The position numbers and the translations under genes are program-made. From contig CAXXYH010000003.1 of NCBI GenBank assembly GCA_963677925.2, positions 1,184,001 to 1,248,000 on the forward strand: 64,000 nt of DNA, written 5' to 3'. This DNA is from Spirochaetia bacterium. GTDB taxonomy: Bacteria > Spirochaetota > Spirochaetia > UBA9216. Within the stretch, counting starts at the first letter, position 1. Every line of letters starts with the position of its first letter. The notes below the pieces were generated by a model. That model made no database searches. It had not been told where the DNA came from and was given only the letters and a program-made list of their open reading frames with translations. This document shows positions 40,222 to 50,284 of the stretch, piece by piece.

Positions 40222-40953
40222 TCAGCCGTTTTCCCGGTACTGCCTCAGCCTGCCGATAATATCATTGATATGTTTAATCATTGCATCTTCAGGCTCGGTT
40301 TTTGAAGTTCCCCTGACGCTGTTTATTATGGCCATATGCTCTTCTATAGCATAATCATAGCTTTCGAATATCACATATGTAGCCTTGATTTCCTCAAACA
40401 TAAAGTCGCGAAGGACATTATAAATAGACACAAACAGATCATTACCGCTGCTCTTGATAATTACATGATGAAAGTTGTAATCACATTCAATAAGCTCTTC
40501 TATTGACTTATTGCCGATGGCAATCTTCATCTGTTCAAGAACCTCTTGAAGTTCATCGGCGACAGCCCTGCGCTTTCCGGGATTCTCATGTTCAGTGTTT
40601 TTAAGATTCTTTAGAGTCCAGACCTCCAGAGCTCCGCGCATTTCAACCATGTTGAACAGCTCATTCTTACCAAGCAGAATTGCCCAGGTCAGAGCTTCGG
40701 AAGAAATGTTTGCACTGTCGGCAACAAAAGTTCCCTTGGCGGCCTTTGATTCAAGAATTCCAAGATAGTTGAAAACTCTGACAGCCTCCCTTATGGAAGA
40801 CCTGCCTATACCGAAACGTTCCGCCAGTTCATGTTCGGTAGGTATACGATCACCTGAACTGTATTTACCCGATGCAATAAGGTCGCGGATCTGCTCCATG
40901 ACCTGTGCCACGACTGTTTTCTGCTTAATTACTACCCTGGATTCATCACTCAT
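40222..40953 (-). CDS. GntR/FadR family regulator
   Basis: PTEHELAERFGIGRSSIREA, KGTFV, FCD DYNFH. Confidence 0.95.
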   Translation of the reverse strand: MSDESRVVIKQKTVVAQVMEQIRDLIASGKYSSGDRIPTEHELAERFGIGRSSIREAVRVFNYLGILESKAAKGTFVADSANISSEALTWAILLGKNELFNMVEMRGALEVWTLKNLKNTEHENPGKRRAVADELQEVLEQMKIAIGNKSIEELIECDYNFHHVIIKSSGNDLFVSIYNVLRDFMFEEIKATYVIFESYDYAIEEHMAIINSVRGTSKTEPEDAMIKHINDIIGRLRQYRENG

Positions 40954-40991
40954 AACAAACTATTATCGGTTATATTGATAATTTTTACAAC

Positions 40992-41008
40992 AACTTCATC
41001 AGACAATT
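40992..41008. promoter_or_regulatory. Possible FadR-family operator upstream of the GntR gene
   Basis: AACTTCATCAGACAATT, imperfect palindrome similar to LutR/LldR-type boxes. Confidence 0.35.
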
Positions 41009-41016
41009 AGACATTG

Positions 41017-41051
41017 GAGCAGGCCTAAAAAGTAAGTTTTTAGACCTGCTC
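41017..41051 (-). terminator. Stem-loop after paaK
   Basis: GAGCAGGCCTAAAAA-N5-TTTTTAGACCTGCTC. Confidence 0.6.
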
Positions 41052-41054
41052 TGA

Positions 41055-42368
41055 TTAGAACTGCTGCTCCCGCTCATCAAGCACCCTTTTAGCCTTTCCC
41101 TCTGAAACAGGAAGGACTCCGTGTTCATGAAGTTCAACTACAGGACTTATAGATATGGAAGCCTTCAGGTTCTCTCCTATCTTCTTTTTGAGCGCATACA
41201 GATCTCTAGTATCGTCAGTCAGGATCTCAGGTGTGATTTCCGTTTTTACAATAAGTTTATCAAGAGGCCCGTTTTTCTGAACAACTATAAGATAGTTGGT
41301 TCCAACCTCGGGCATCCGCATAATCACCTCTTCAATCTGTGAAGGGAAGACATTTACACCGTTGATTATAAGCATGTCATCAGTCCTGCCCTTCATACGT
41401 GCAATTCGGCGATGAGTACGTCCGCACTGACAGGTTCCGGGTATGATCCGCGAAAGGTCCCTGGTCCGGTAGCGCAGCAGAGGCATTGCCTCACGGTTAA
41501 GAATTGTAAGAACAAGTTCGCCCTCTTCACCGTCGGGAACCGGCTGCAGGGTATCCGGGTCAATTATTTCAACAATATATGCGTCTTCCCAGACATGCAT
41601 GCAGTCGCGGTATACACATTCAAAGGCCAGCCCCGGGCCGTTCATCTCTGAAAGCCCGTAGGAATTGTATGCCTCGATATTCCAGAGTTTCTCGATTTTC
41701 TTACGGATATCCTCGGAATGCGGCTCGGCACCGATATATGCCTTTTTAAGGTTCAGGTCTTCGGGCTTGTACCCGAATTCTGACATTCTAGAATGCAGAT
41801 AAAGCATATAGCTTGGTGTGGCGTGAACAACCGAAGTGCTGAAGTCTTTCATCATCTTGAACTGCTTGGCAGTATTTCCAGAGCTGGCTGGAATAACCAT
41901 CATGCCGAGGTTCTCTGCACCGTAATGCAGGCCCAGACCGCCTGTAAAAAGCCCGTAGGTCATCATGTTCTGAAAAACATCCTGAGGCTGTGCACCGGTT
42001 GCCACTATTGATCGGGTTGTAATCTCGGTCGATCTTTTAAGATCAGCAGCCGAGAGATAAATTACAGTAGGGGTGCCTGTTGTACCGCTTGATGCATGCA
42101 TCCGCACAACATCATCACGGTCAACGGCAAGCATTCCATAAGGGTATGAATCTCGAAGATCATTCTTCGTTGTGAAGGGAATCTTTGAAAGATCGGCAAG
42201 TGTTCTGATATCTTCGCCGGAACTCAGTCCATGCTCCTTCAGTCTTTTTCCGTAAAAATCAGTCTTAAAAGCCTGGTCTACTGTCTTTTTCAGACCTTCA
42301 AGCTGAATCTTCTCGATGCCTTCCCTGTCAAGAGTTTCTATCTCTTTATCGTAGTATCTAATCTCCAT
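41055..42368 (-). CDS. paaK: Phenylacetate-CoA ligase
   Basis: HASSGTTG, YGLFTGGLGLHYG, YGLSEMNGPG, LRYRTRD, GRTDDMLIINGVNVFPSQIE. Confidence 0.93.
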   Translation of the reverse strand: MEIRYYDKEIETLDREGIEKIQLEGLKKTVDQAFKTDFYGKRLKEHGLSSGEDIRTLADLSKIPFTTKNDLRDSYPYGMLAVDRDDVVRMHASSGTTGTPTVIYLSAADLKRSTEITTRSIVATGAQPQDVFQNMMTYGLFTGGLGLHYGAENLGMMVIPASSGNTAKQFKMMKDFSTSVVHATPSYMLYLHSRMSEFGYKPEDLNLKKAYIGAEPHSEDIRKKIEKLWNIEAYNSYGLSEMNGPGLAFECVYRDCMHVWEDAYIVEIIDPDTLQPVPDGEEGELVLTILNREAMPLLRYRTRDLSRIIPGTCQCGRTHRRIARMKGRTDDMLIINGVNVFPSQIEEVIMRMPEVGTNYLIVVQKNGPLDKLIVKTEITPEILTDDTRDLYALKKKIGENLKASISISPVVELHEHGVLPVSEGKAKRVLDEREQQF

Positions 42369-42395
42369 TATGCTGCCCTTATGATATGTACTTTT

Positions 42396-42959
42396 TCAGC
42401 CTCTTCCTGCGCGGAATGCTGCGATGTTCTGATTTATGATATCCTCACCCTTTGATGAGAAAAGATTTTTTATAGCCGATTCAATATTTTCCTGATCGAT
42501 GGGAAGATACTTGGACGCGGCGCCGATCATTGCCATATTAGTCGATTTCATGTTTCCTGCTTCCTGGGCAATAGCCTTAGCCTGAACAATCTCCGCCTGA
42601 CCGGTCTTTTCTACGTTTTTAAGAATCTCCGCCTCTTCAGGATAATCGGGGATGTTTATTACAGGAGATGATGCGGTAATAAGTTTTCCGTCTGACTTAA
42701 GATATTCAAGGTAGCGGAGGCTTTCAAGCGGCTCCATACTCAGAATCATATCTGCAGAACCGAATCCGATTAAATCACCCGGGATCTCGCTGTCGGAGAT
42801 TCTGAGGTGAGACATTACAGCGCCTCCCCTCTGAGCCATTCCGTGGACCTCGGACTGACGGACTTTAAGCCCCTGAAGCATTGCTCCTGTTGCAATTCCA
42901 GCCGCTACCGACAGAACGCCCTGTCCGCCTACTCCGGCAAGTATGATGTCGTATTTCAT
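42396..42959 (-). CDS. iorB: Indolepyruvate:ferredoxin oxidoreductase beta subunit
   Basis: GVGGQG, SEVHGMAQRGGAV. Confidence 0.95.
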   Translation of the reverse strand: MKYDIILAGVGGQGVLSVAAGIATGAMLQGLKVRQSEVHGMAQRGGAVMSHLRISDSEIPGDLIGFGSADMILSMEPLESLRYLEYLKSDGKLITASSPVINIPDYPEEAEILKNVEKTGQAEIVQAKAIAQEAGNMKSTNMAMIGAASKYLPIDQENIESAIKNLFSSKGEDIINQNIAAFRAGRG

Positions 42960-44560
42960 TTTGCGCCTCCGGATTTTCTGTTTTTTCTTGCTGTTTCAAG
43001 GCATTCTCTCAGCGCAATAATTACTGAAAGTCCCTTGTATTCCATTTCAGCCTTTATGACAGCTGTATTTTCTTCGTGGTTCTTTTTAAGAGGTGTGATG
43101 GTTTTAATGTGTTCTGAATCAACACCTATTCCTTCAAGAACCGATTTAATCCTTGATGAAGGAATTATAGTCTCCTGCCCGCCGGTCATAGCAACTGTTT
43201 CATTGTCCAGAATTATAAGAGTCATGGGTGTTTTACATGCAACAGCGTCAACCAGCGGGGAAAGACCGGAATGCATGAAGGTACTGTCGCCTATTACCGC
43301 AACTACCGGCTCAAAACCGGCTTCAGCGGCACCCTTTGCGGTACCGACAGATGCGCCCATACAGATAATCGTTTCAATTGCGTTATACGGCGGCAGAGCA
43401 CCAAGCGAATAACAGCCGATATCGGATGTAACAATCGAATTGTCAAAAGATTTTCTGGCCTCGTTCAGTGCAGCGTAGGTATCAGCATGCGGACAGCCCT
43501 TACACAGCTGGGGCGGTCGGCCGGGAAGCGCCATTTCGGCTGCAGGCCCCTTCCTTGAGCCAAGACCGAGTGCTGGTCTGATATTATCAGGATTAAGCTC
43601 TCCGGCTGAAGGTACAGGTCCGTCAATCTTTCCGGATATTTCCACACTCTGCTTTAAAAATCCCCGGAGGTAACGTTCAACAAATGAACACCCCTCTTCA
43701 AGAATTACAATCTTATCAACTGAATCTGCAAGCTTCTGTACCAGTTCCTGAGGAACAGGATAGGCGCTGATATGCAGATGTGATGGCTTCTGTCCAAGTT
43801 CTTCAGCGGCTTCATCGTAGTAGTTGCGGCCGAGTCCGGTTGTAATTACACCGAAATCTTTGAAGCTGCTGTTAATAGTAAGAGAGTTAAAGGATGATGC
43901 AGATGTGTAGTCTGTAAAATCCTTCTGCTGATCAAGCAGTGTCGCCCAGTTCTTTCTGGCCATTGCCGGAAGCAGCATCCAGCCTCTTACATTATCTGTT
44001 TTCTCAAGGCTGTTCTGAGCCCTCTTCTCACCGGGAACAACAACTGCACGGGAATGAGCCAGCCTGGTTACAATTCTTATCATGACAGGAATATGAAACT
44101 TCTCTGAAAGGTCAAAAGCTTCCCTGGTCATCTCGTATGTTTCCTGCTGGTTTCTGGGTTCAAGACAGATAATACGGGCAAAATCGGCAAAATACCGTGA
44201 ATCCTGCTCACCCTGCGATGAATGCATCCCCGGATCATCAGCGACCGCAATAACCAGTCCGCCCTTGATATCCAGAAGAGCCGAGTTCATAAAGGGGTCT
44301 GCCGCAACATTAAGTCCTACATGCTTCATTGTTACAAGCGAACGCTTTCCTACAAAGGAGGCTCCGAGTGCCTCTTCATATGCTGTCTTTTCGTTTGAAC
44401 TCCAGGAGGCAAATATACTGCCTGTCTTCTTTGAATAATTTAAAAGGTATTCCATTATCTCGCTTGATGGAGTTCCAGGATAACCATATGCCGATGATAT
44501 ACCGGCATCTATTGCGCCCAATGCAAGCGCTTCATCGCCTAAAAGGACCATTTCGCCCAT
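42956..44560 (-). CDS. iorA: Indolepyruvate:ferredoxin oxidoreductase alpha subunit (short form, no C-terminal ferredoxin domain)
   Basis: GYPGTPSSE, MKHVGLNVAAD, RPPQLCKGCPH, DIGCY, GDSTFMHSG, AMTGGQ. Confidence 0.95.
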   Translation of the reverse strand: MGEMVLLGDEALALGAIDAGISSAYGYPGTPSSEIMEYLLNYSKKTGSIFASWSSNEKTAYEEALGASFVGKRSLVTMKHVGLNVAADPFMNSALLDIKGGLVIAVADDPGMHSSQGEQDSRYFADFARIICLEPRNQQETYEMTREAFDLSEKFHIPVMIRIVTRLAHSRAVVVPGEKRAQNSLEKTDNVRGWMLLPAMARKNWATLLDQQKDFTDYTSASSFNSLTINSSFKDFGVITTGLGRNYYDEAAEELGQKPSHLHISAYPVPQELVQKLADSVDKIVILEEGCSFVERYLRGFLKQSVEISGKIDGPVPSAGELNPDNIRPALGLGSRKGPAAEMALPGRPPQLCKGCPHADTYAALNEARKSFDNSIVTSDIGCYSLGALPPYNAIETIICMGASVGTAKGAAEAGFEPVVAVIGDSTFMHSGLSPLVDAVACKTPMTLIILDNETVAMTGGQETIIPSSRIKSVLEGIGVDSEHIKTITPLKKNHEENTAVIKAEMEYKGLSVIIALRECLETARKNRKSGGAK

Positions 44561-44632
44561 GACACTACTCCTTGATGAAAAATTAAAACCGGCACCGGAT
44601 AATCCGATGCCGCGTATGGGTCTGTTTATAGT

Positions 44633-46225
44633 TTATTTGCCTATACCGGCAAAGCACTTGTCTACTATTTCAGGATCTTCCACTTTTGTACATAGGCTGA
44701 CAGCAATTGTTACTATGATGGAAACTGGAAGACCGAATACCAGCGGATCCACGAAATCCCAGATTCCGCCCAGAAGCGTCACCTTTCCGGTAAGTGCCTC
44801 GCAAATACCGAAGACCGCAGCCTCTTTTGCATGCAGAAAAAGATAGGCAAAAATCTGTACACCAAGACCGGATACAATTCCGGCGATTGCCCCCCGGCGT
44901 GTAAGCCGCTTCCAGAAAAGCGAGGCTGTGTAAGGAGCCAGAAAGCCGGAGGCCATTATACCGAAAAAGATAGCCGTTGCACGGGCAATAATTCCAGGAC
45001 CCAGTCTCAGAGAGAGAAGGACAGTAAAAATAATTGATAAAACCATTCCGACACGGGTTATAAGCACTCCCCCTGCCTTGGTTTTTCCCTTCATGATTCC
45101 GTATTCAAGGACATCGCGGCCGACAGCTGTGCCGACGGTGTGAAACAGAGAGCTGAGTGTGGACATTGCTGCCGAGATAATCACCAGCATGAACAGGTAT
45201 GCAAACCAGGTCGGCATAACATCTGAAATAAGCAGCGGCATTACGCTGTCAGGGTTACCTCCGGCAGCCTGTATTGCCAGCTGGCCTGATGTTTTCATAA
45301 AATACACATTGGATAAAGGCCCTACAACATAGGTTGTTCCTACGCAGACCAGAATAAACAGTCCTCCAATCAGGACCGCGCGGTGAATTTCCTTATCGCT
45401 TTTTACTGTCATATACCTTACAGCAAGCTGCGGCTGTGCTAAAACTCCGATTCCGACACCGAATACCAGTGAAGAGTAGATGACCCACCACAGGGGACTG
45501 CCTGAGGCCGGAGATTTTGTCCATCCCTGATGTCCGATAGCCCTCAGATTTTCAGGTACCATATCCGCCATGGCAGTCAGGGCGGAATGAGCCTCCACAA
45601 TACCGCCGAGTTTGTAGTAGATAAATATAAGCAGGAACAGCATGCCGCCCAGCATGAGAGTTCCCTGAAAGGCATCAGCATACATGACGCTTTTTATACC
45701 GCCCATAATTACATAAGCAGCTACTACAATTGTGAGAATAGTAACCGAATAGATAAAGGGTATTCCAAGAAGACCTTCCATTATACGGGCGGCGCCGATT
45801 AGAACGGCCGCTGTGTATACAGGCATAAAAATAAAAATAACAAGCCCGCCGAACCACTGAATAAACGGAGATCCTACTCTTCTTGAAAGGAATTCGGGAA
45901 AGGTCTGAGCACCTATGTTAAGCCCCATTCTCCTTGTCCTCTTTCCGTAGACAATAAATGCCAGAAAAATACCGACTATAATATTGCAGGCGGCAAGCCA
46001 GAGAAGACTCATTCCATACATCGACGAAACCCCTCCGAATCCGACAATTGCAGATGTCGAAATAAAGGTAGCGCCGTAGGACATGGCCATTATATAGGGA
46101 TGAACCGAGCGCCCCCCGACCAGGTAGTCAGCGGAGTTTCTGGTTTGACGGTAGCCTGCCCAGCCCAGAGATGCGATGACAGCCAGATATATTATTATAA
46201 TTACAATTAAAGGAAAAATATGCAT
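44633..46225 (-). CDS. Sodium:solute symporter (SSS)
   Basis: DYLVGGR, SYGATFISTSAIVGFGG, QPQLAVRYM, SAAMSTLS. Confidence 0.95.
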   Translation of the reverse strand: MHIFPLIVIIIIYLAVIASLGWAGYRQTRNSADYLVGGRSVHPYIMAMSYGATFISTSAIVGFGGVSSMYGMSLLWLAACNIIVGIFLAFIVYGKRTRRMGLNIGAQTFPEFLSRRVGSPFIQWFGGLVIFIFMPVYTAAVLIGAARIMEGLLGIPFIYSVTILTIVVAAYVIMGGIKSVMYADAFQGTLMLGGMLFLLIFIYYKLGGIVEAHSALTAMADMVPENLRAIGHQGWTKSPASGSPLWWVIYSSLVFGVGIGVLAQPQLAVRYMTVKSDKEIHRAVLIGGLFILVCVGTTYVVGPLSNVYFMKTSGQLAIQAAGGNPDSVMPLLISDVMPTWFAYLFMLVIISAAMSTLSSLFHTVGTAVGRDVLEYGIMKGKTKAGGVLITRVGMVLSIIFTVLLSLRLGPGIIARATAIFFGIMASGFLAPYTASLFWKRLTRRGAIAGIVSGLGVQIFAYLFLHAKEAAVFGICEALTGKVTLLGGIWDFVDPLVFGLPVSIIVTIAVSLCTKVEDPEIVDKCFAGIGK

Positions 46226-46419
46226 CAGTCCATTTCTCCTGAAAGTTCTTTATCTACTTCGTATTTCTCGGCAAACCAGGCCCTTGCTTCATCCATTTCT
46301 TCAGTCGATACCTCGCCTCCCGAATTCCATTTCAGGAATCCGAAAACCGCACAGCCGGCTGCAGATAATACTGTAAGGATAAAAGCAAGGAAAACCGACA
46401 GATCAGGGATTCCAAGCAT
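46225..46419 (-). CDS. Symporter small accessory membrane protein
   Basis: MLGIPD...single TM...GCAVFGFLKWN; 1-bp overlap with the symporter start. Confidence 0.85.
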   Translation of the reverse strand: MLGIPDLSVFLAFILTVLSAAGCAVFGFLKWNSGGEVSTEEMDEARAWFAEKYEVDKELSGEMD

Positions 46420-46514
46420 TTTTGATTCTCCAGATTTCTATCTAAAATTATTTGACTGAGTTTAACACTGATTTGATTTTTTTTGAAGCAAATTATTAAT
46501 GAAAAAATAAGCGG

Positions 46515-46552
46515 AACCAATTCAAAAACCGTAACGGTTTTTTGAATTGGTT
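46515..46552. terminator. Long stem-loop between the two small symporter-associated ORFs
   Basis: AACCAATTCAAAAACCG-TAA-CGGTTTTTTGAATTGGTT. Confidence 0.65.
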
Positions 46553-46561
46553 TTTAAATAT

Positions 46562-46693
46562 TTAGAAATTGTTCTGTTCGTCTTCCCGTACTGTTACAGG
46601 CGGAACTGTGCTTTCACGGCTCCAGTTGATAAGACCGTATGCAATGCAGCCAACGATCGAAAGAAATAATAATGTGGAAGCGGCAACACCCAT
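46562..46693 (-). CDS. 43-aa paralogue of the symporter small accessory protein
   Basis: RBS AGGAG; MGVAASTLLFLSIVGCIAYGLINWSRESTVPPVTVREDEQNNF shares GCxx(Y/F)GxxxW. Confidence 0.7.
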   Translation of the reverse strand: MGVAASTLLFLSIVGCIAYGLINWSRESTVPPVTVREDEQNNF

Positions 46694-46798
46694 AATGAAA
46701 TCTCCTGTAATATTGTTATATTAATATCCTCGTCAGTATATCACATAACATTTAATTATCCAATTAATTGAATGTTAATTTTGTAAATAGCACATCAA

Positions 46799-47053
46799 TC
46801 ACCGTTCACCCGACCGTCTGCGTTCATGATCGGGCAAATTACTGTCTTCCGGGCTGTTTTTTGAGCGTTTAATAGTTTTATAAAGACCTTTCGCAATAAG
46901 AGCTTCATAAGTACCCGCAGACATCAGGATATTTATATCCTCCAGAAGCTCTGTATCTCCGGATGCATGAAGCGCATTCAGGGCATCCATCATTCTTTTG
47001 TTCGTAGCTGAGAAAACCCGTCTTGCATCAAGTGATTTATCCATCAGCCCCAT
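46799..47053 (-). CDS. Hypothetical protein
   Basis: 84-aa ORF with a purine-rich RBS, co-oriented after the aminotransferase. Confidence 0.55.
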   Translation of the reverse strand: MGLMDKSLDARRVFSATNKRMMDALNALHASGDTELLEDINILMSAGTYEALIAKGLYKTIKRSKNSPEDSNLPDHERRRSGER

Positions 47054-47098
47054 AACTACCCCCTTCTACCCATAAGGGACATGTCCTGACGGACATGA

Positions 47099-48277
47099 TC
47101 AGAACAGTTCGAAAGCCTTTCTGAATCCCGGCATTGATCCCTCTATTACCTTATCGGCAACACAGAAAGCAATCCTGAAATATCCCGGTGCAGCAAAGCC
47201 TTTACCCGGTACTACTAGTATACGCTCTTTTTGAAGAGTATCAACAAAGGCTGAATCATCTCCGCCGGGAGCTTTGGGAAAAAGATAGAATGTTCCGGCA
47301 GGCTTATGAAAGTCATAGCCTATATCGGACAGCCCGTCACAGAGCATATCCCTCTTTCTCTTGTATTCATTCATATCAACACTGTCGCCCTGCATCTCGC
47401 CTACAATACGCTGCATCAGAGCCGGGGCATTCACAAAGCCTATAATTCGGTTGCACAGCGTTACTGCATTTACAAGGTTATCATAGTCATCTGCAGCAGG
47501 ATTAATTGCGGCATAACCGATGCGTTCACCGGGAATGGAAAGATCCTTCGAATATGAAGTCACAACAACAGTGTTCCTATAGATCGGAAACATTGCAGGA
47601 ACAACAGCCCCGTCAAAAACGATCTTCCGGTACGGCTCATCACAGACAATATAGATCCGGCGTCCGGTTTTTGCTGCAGATCGTTCAAGCATGGCCGCAA
47701 ACTTCTTTAGATTTTCTTCAGAATAGATTGTACCTGTCGGATTATGGGGAGAATTAAGAATAACAGCAGCAACATCGGGTCCCATAGCCTTCTCAAAGGC
47801 ATCAATATCCAGTTCAAAACCTTCTGCAGGTTCAATTATTTCAAGCTTTCCGCCGTGGTTGTCTGCATAAAACTTGTATTCCATAAAGCAGGGAGCACTC
47901 ACAAGAACACGATCGCCATAATTGATAATTGACTTTAAAACAGCATTCATAGCACCGCCGGCGCCGCTGGTCATGATTATTCCGGAGGCATCAACTGCCG
48001 TATTCTGCTCTTTGGAAACCCAGGCTGCTATTGATTTTCTTACATCGGGGTAGCCTGCATTCGGCATATATCCGTGTTTACCGGGGATCTCTGCATCCGC
48101 GTATTTTTTCAGAATCTGTGCAAATTTAGCCGGAGGTTCAATATTGGGATTACCAATACTGAAATCATATACATTGTCCTCACCGAATTCAGCCTTAAGC
48201 TGCGCACCTGCCTCAAACATCTTCCTAACCAGTGAAGATCCTTTTAACATTTCAAGTATGTGTGCTGATACTGCCAT
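47099..48277 (-). CDS. Class I PLP-dependent aminotransferase (aspartate/aromatic)
   Basis: FSIGNP, NSPHNPTG, DEPY, SYSKDLSIPGERIG. Confidence 0.93.
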   Translation of the reverse strand: MAVSAHILEMLKGSSLVRKMFEAGAQLKAEFGEDNVYDFSIGNPNIEPPAKFAQILKKYADAEIPGKHGYMPNAGYPDVRKSIAAWVSKEQNTAVDASGIIMTSGAGGAMNAVLKSIINYGDRVLVSAPCFMEYKFYADNHGGKLEIIEPAEGFELDIDAFEKAMGPDVAAVILNSPHNPTGTIYSEENLKKFAAMLERSAAKTGRRIYIVCDEPYRKIVFDGAVVPAMFPIYRNTVVVTSYSKDLSIPGERIGYAAINPAADDYDNLVNAVTLCNRIIGFVNAPALMQRIVGEMQGDSVDMNEYKRKRDMLCDGLSDIGYDFHKPAGTFYLFPKAPGGDDSAFVDTLQKERILVVPGKGFAAPGYFRIAFCVADKVIEGSMPGFRKAFELF

Positions 48278-48350
48278 TCTTAGTTCTCCCGATTCTTTAA
48301 TAATATTGATGATAAAATACCGCAATCGGCTGGTTGTTGCAACTGGTATA

Positions 48351-48379
48351 TTGACAGACTGTCAGATTAGCCTTAAATT
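48351..48379 (+). promoter_or_regulatory. sigma70 promoter with palindrome over the -35 (candidate XRE operator)
   Basis: TTGACA-N17-TAAATT; TGACAG-A-CTGTCA at 48352-48364. Confidence 0.55.
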
Positions 48380-48399
48380 ATACTAAAGAGGTTTAAGTA

Positions 48400-48978
48400 T
48401 TGATTAAGAAGAATGCAGAATTCGGCAACAAGCTCAGGCTCGTGCGCGAAAGAAAAAACATGACTCTCAAGGACGTAGCAGGACAGGCCGGAGTAAGTGA
48501 AAGTCTTGTAAGTCAGATAGAGCGCAACAGGGTTTCCCCCTCAATCGACACGCTTATCGCCATAGCAGATGTTCTTAACCTTGATCTGGAATACCTGTTC
48601 AGGGATCTAAAGAACAACAGTGCTGTTTCAATAGTTAAACCGCAGGACAGGAATGTTATGATAATCAAGGGTGTTGAATATCAGCAGCTTTCCTTTATCC
48701 CGGACTCGGACATCAACCCCTCGGTTGAAGCCTTTCTGCTTGATATTCCGCCCGGAAAAGAAAAGGGTGATCTCGAGTTCGGACATCCGGGAAGAGAGAT
48801 GGGAACAATTACCGAAGGATGCGGTGAGCTGATATATGGAACATCAACATACCAGCTTGAAACCGGCGACACGGTATCATATTCTTCAGACATTCCTCAC
48901 ATAATAAGAAATAACGGAAACGGGCCCCTCAAGGCGATGTGGATCATCACCCCGGGCCGTATATTTACGCAAAATTAA
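48400..48978 (+). CDS. XRE-family HTH regulator with cupin sensor
   Basis: TLKDVAGQAGVSESLVSQIER HTH; HPGRE...PHIIRN cupin. Confidence 0.93.
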   Translation: MIKKNAEFGNKLRLVRERKNMTLKDVAGQAGVSESLVSQIERNRVSPSIDTLIAIADVLNLDLEYLFRDLKNNSAVSIVKPQDRNVMIIKGVEYQQLSFIPDSDINPSVEAFLLDIPPGKEKGDLEFGHPGREMGTITEGCGELIYGTSTYQLETGDTVSYSSDIPHIIRNNGNGPLKAMWIITPGRIFTQN

Positions 48979-48993
48979 TTTTAGGAGCCGGAT

Positions 48994-50274
48994 ATGGGTA
49001 AAACAACAGCTGAAAAGATTTTTGACTCCCACAGGATAGACTCTCCATCAGAAGGGATAGAGGTAATTAAGCTCGACAGGGTTTTCTGCCACGAAATAAC
49101 AACCCCTACTGCTATTGTCGATCTTATGGAAAGGGGTAAGGACAGGGTATTTGATCCTTCAAAAATCAAGGCCGTAATCGATCATGTAACACCAGCAAAG
49201 GATTCTCTTACTGCAACACAGGGAAAGGTTCTAAGGGACTGGGCAAGACGTCACGATATCAAGGATTTCTTTGATGTAGGAAGAAACGGTGTTTGCCATG
49301 CTATTTTCCCTGAAAAAGGATTTGTAAGACCGGGATTTACCATAATAATGGGCGATTCACACACTTGTACACATGGAGCCTTCGGAGCCTTCGCGGCAGG
49401 TGTCGGCACTACAGACCTTGAAGTTGGTATTCTCAAGGGTATATGCGCTTTCAAATCACCAAAGACCATGAAGATAAATGTAACAGGAAAACTGCCTGCA
49501 GGAGTTTACCCCAAGGACATAATCCTGAGTATAATCGGTAAAATCGGAACAGACGGTGCAACAAACCATGTAGTAGAGTTTGCCGGATCGGTAATCGAGG
49601 AAATGAGCATGGAAGGCAGAATGACTGTCTGCAACATGGCTGTTGAAGCCGGTGCAACTTGCGGCATCTGCTACCCCGACAGCACAACTGTTGATTACCT
49701 ATGGCCCTTCATCAGCTCAGAATATGCATCAAAAGAAGAAGCTCTCAAGGATTACTCTCAGTGGCTGCCTGATGCCGATGCCGAATATGCACAGGTAATT
49801 GAACTTGATGCAAACAGCCTTAAGCCTGTCTCAACCTTCGGGTACAAGCCCGATCAGATAAAGAATGTTGAAGATATGGGTGAGGTTAAAGTTGATCAGG
49901 TCTACATCGGCTCCTGTACCAACGGGAGAATCGAAGACCTTCGAGCAGCTGCCGCCGTGCTTAAGGGAAAGAAAATTGCAGAAAGCCTCAGAGTTATCGT
50001 GTCTCCTGCTACTCCGGATATCTACAAGCAGGCACTTTCAGAAGGCCTCATTGATGTATTCATGGATTCAGGCTGCTGTCTCACCAACCCGACCTGCGGT
50101 GCATGTCTGGGAATGAGCAACGGAGTTCTTGCCGCAGATGAGGTTTGTGTTTCAACTACAAACCGTAACTTCAACGGCAGAATGGGAAAGGGCGGAATGG
50201 TTCACCTGGTAAGCCCCGAAACAGCAGCAGCAACAGCCGTTAAAGGCTATCTGACTACAGCGGACAGACTTTAA
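48994..50274 (+). CDS. leuC: 3-isopropylmalate dehydratase large subunit (type 2, homoaconitase-like)
   Basis: GDSHTCTHGA, IGSCTNGR, CGACLG, STTNRNFNGRMG. Confidence 0.93.
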   Translation: MGKTTAEKIFDSHRIDSPSEGIEVIKLDRVFCHEITTPTAIVDLMERGKDRVFDPSKIKAVIDHVTPAKDSLTATQGKVLRDWARRHDIKDFFDVGRNGVCHAIFPEKGFVRPGFTIIMGDSHTCTHGAFGAFAAGVGTTDLEVGILKGICAFKSPKTMKINVTGKLPAGVYPKDIILSIIGKIGTDGATNHVVEFAGSVIEEMSMEGRMTVCNMAVEAGATCGICYPDSTTVDYLWPFISSEYASKEEALKDYSQWLPDADAEYAQVIELDANSLKPVSTFGYKPDQIKNVEDMGEVKVDQVYIGSCTNGRIEDLRAAAAVLKGKKIAESLRVIVSPATPDIYKQALSEGLIDVFMDSGCCLTNPTCGACLGMSNGVLAADEVCVSTTNRNFNGRMGKGGMVHLVSPETAAATAVKGYLTTADRL

Positions 50275-50284
50275 GGAGTAAGTA

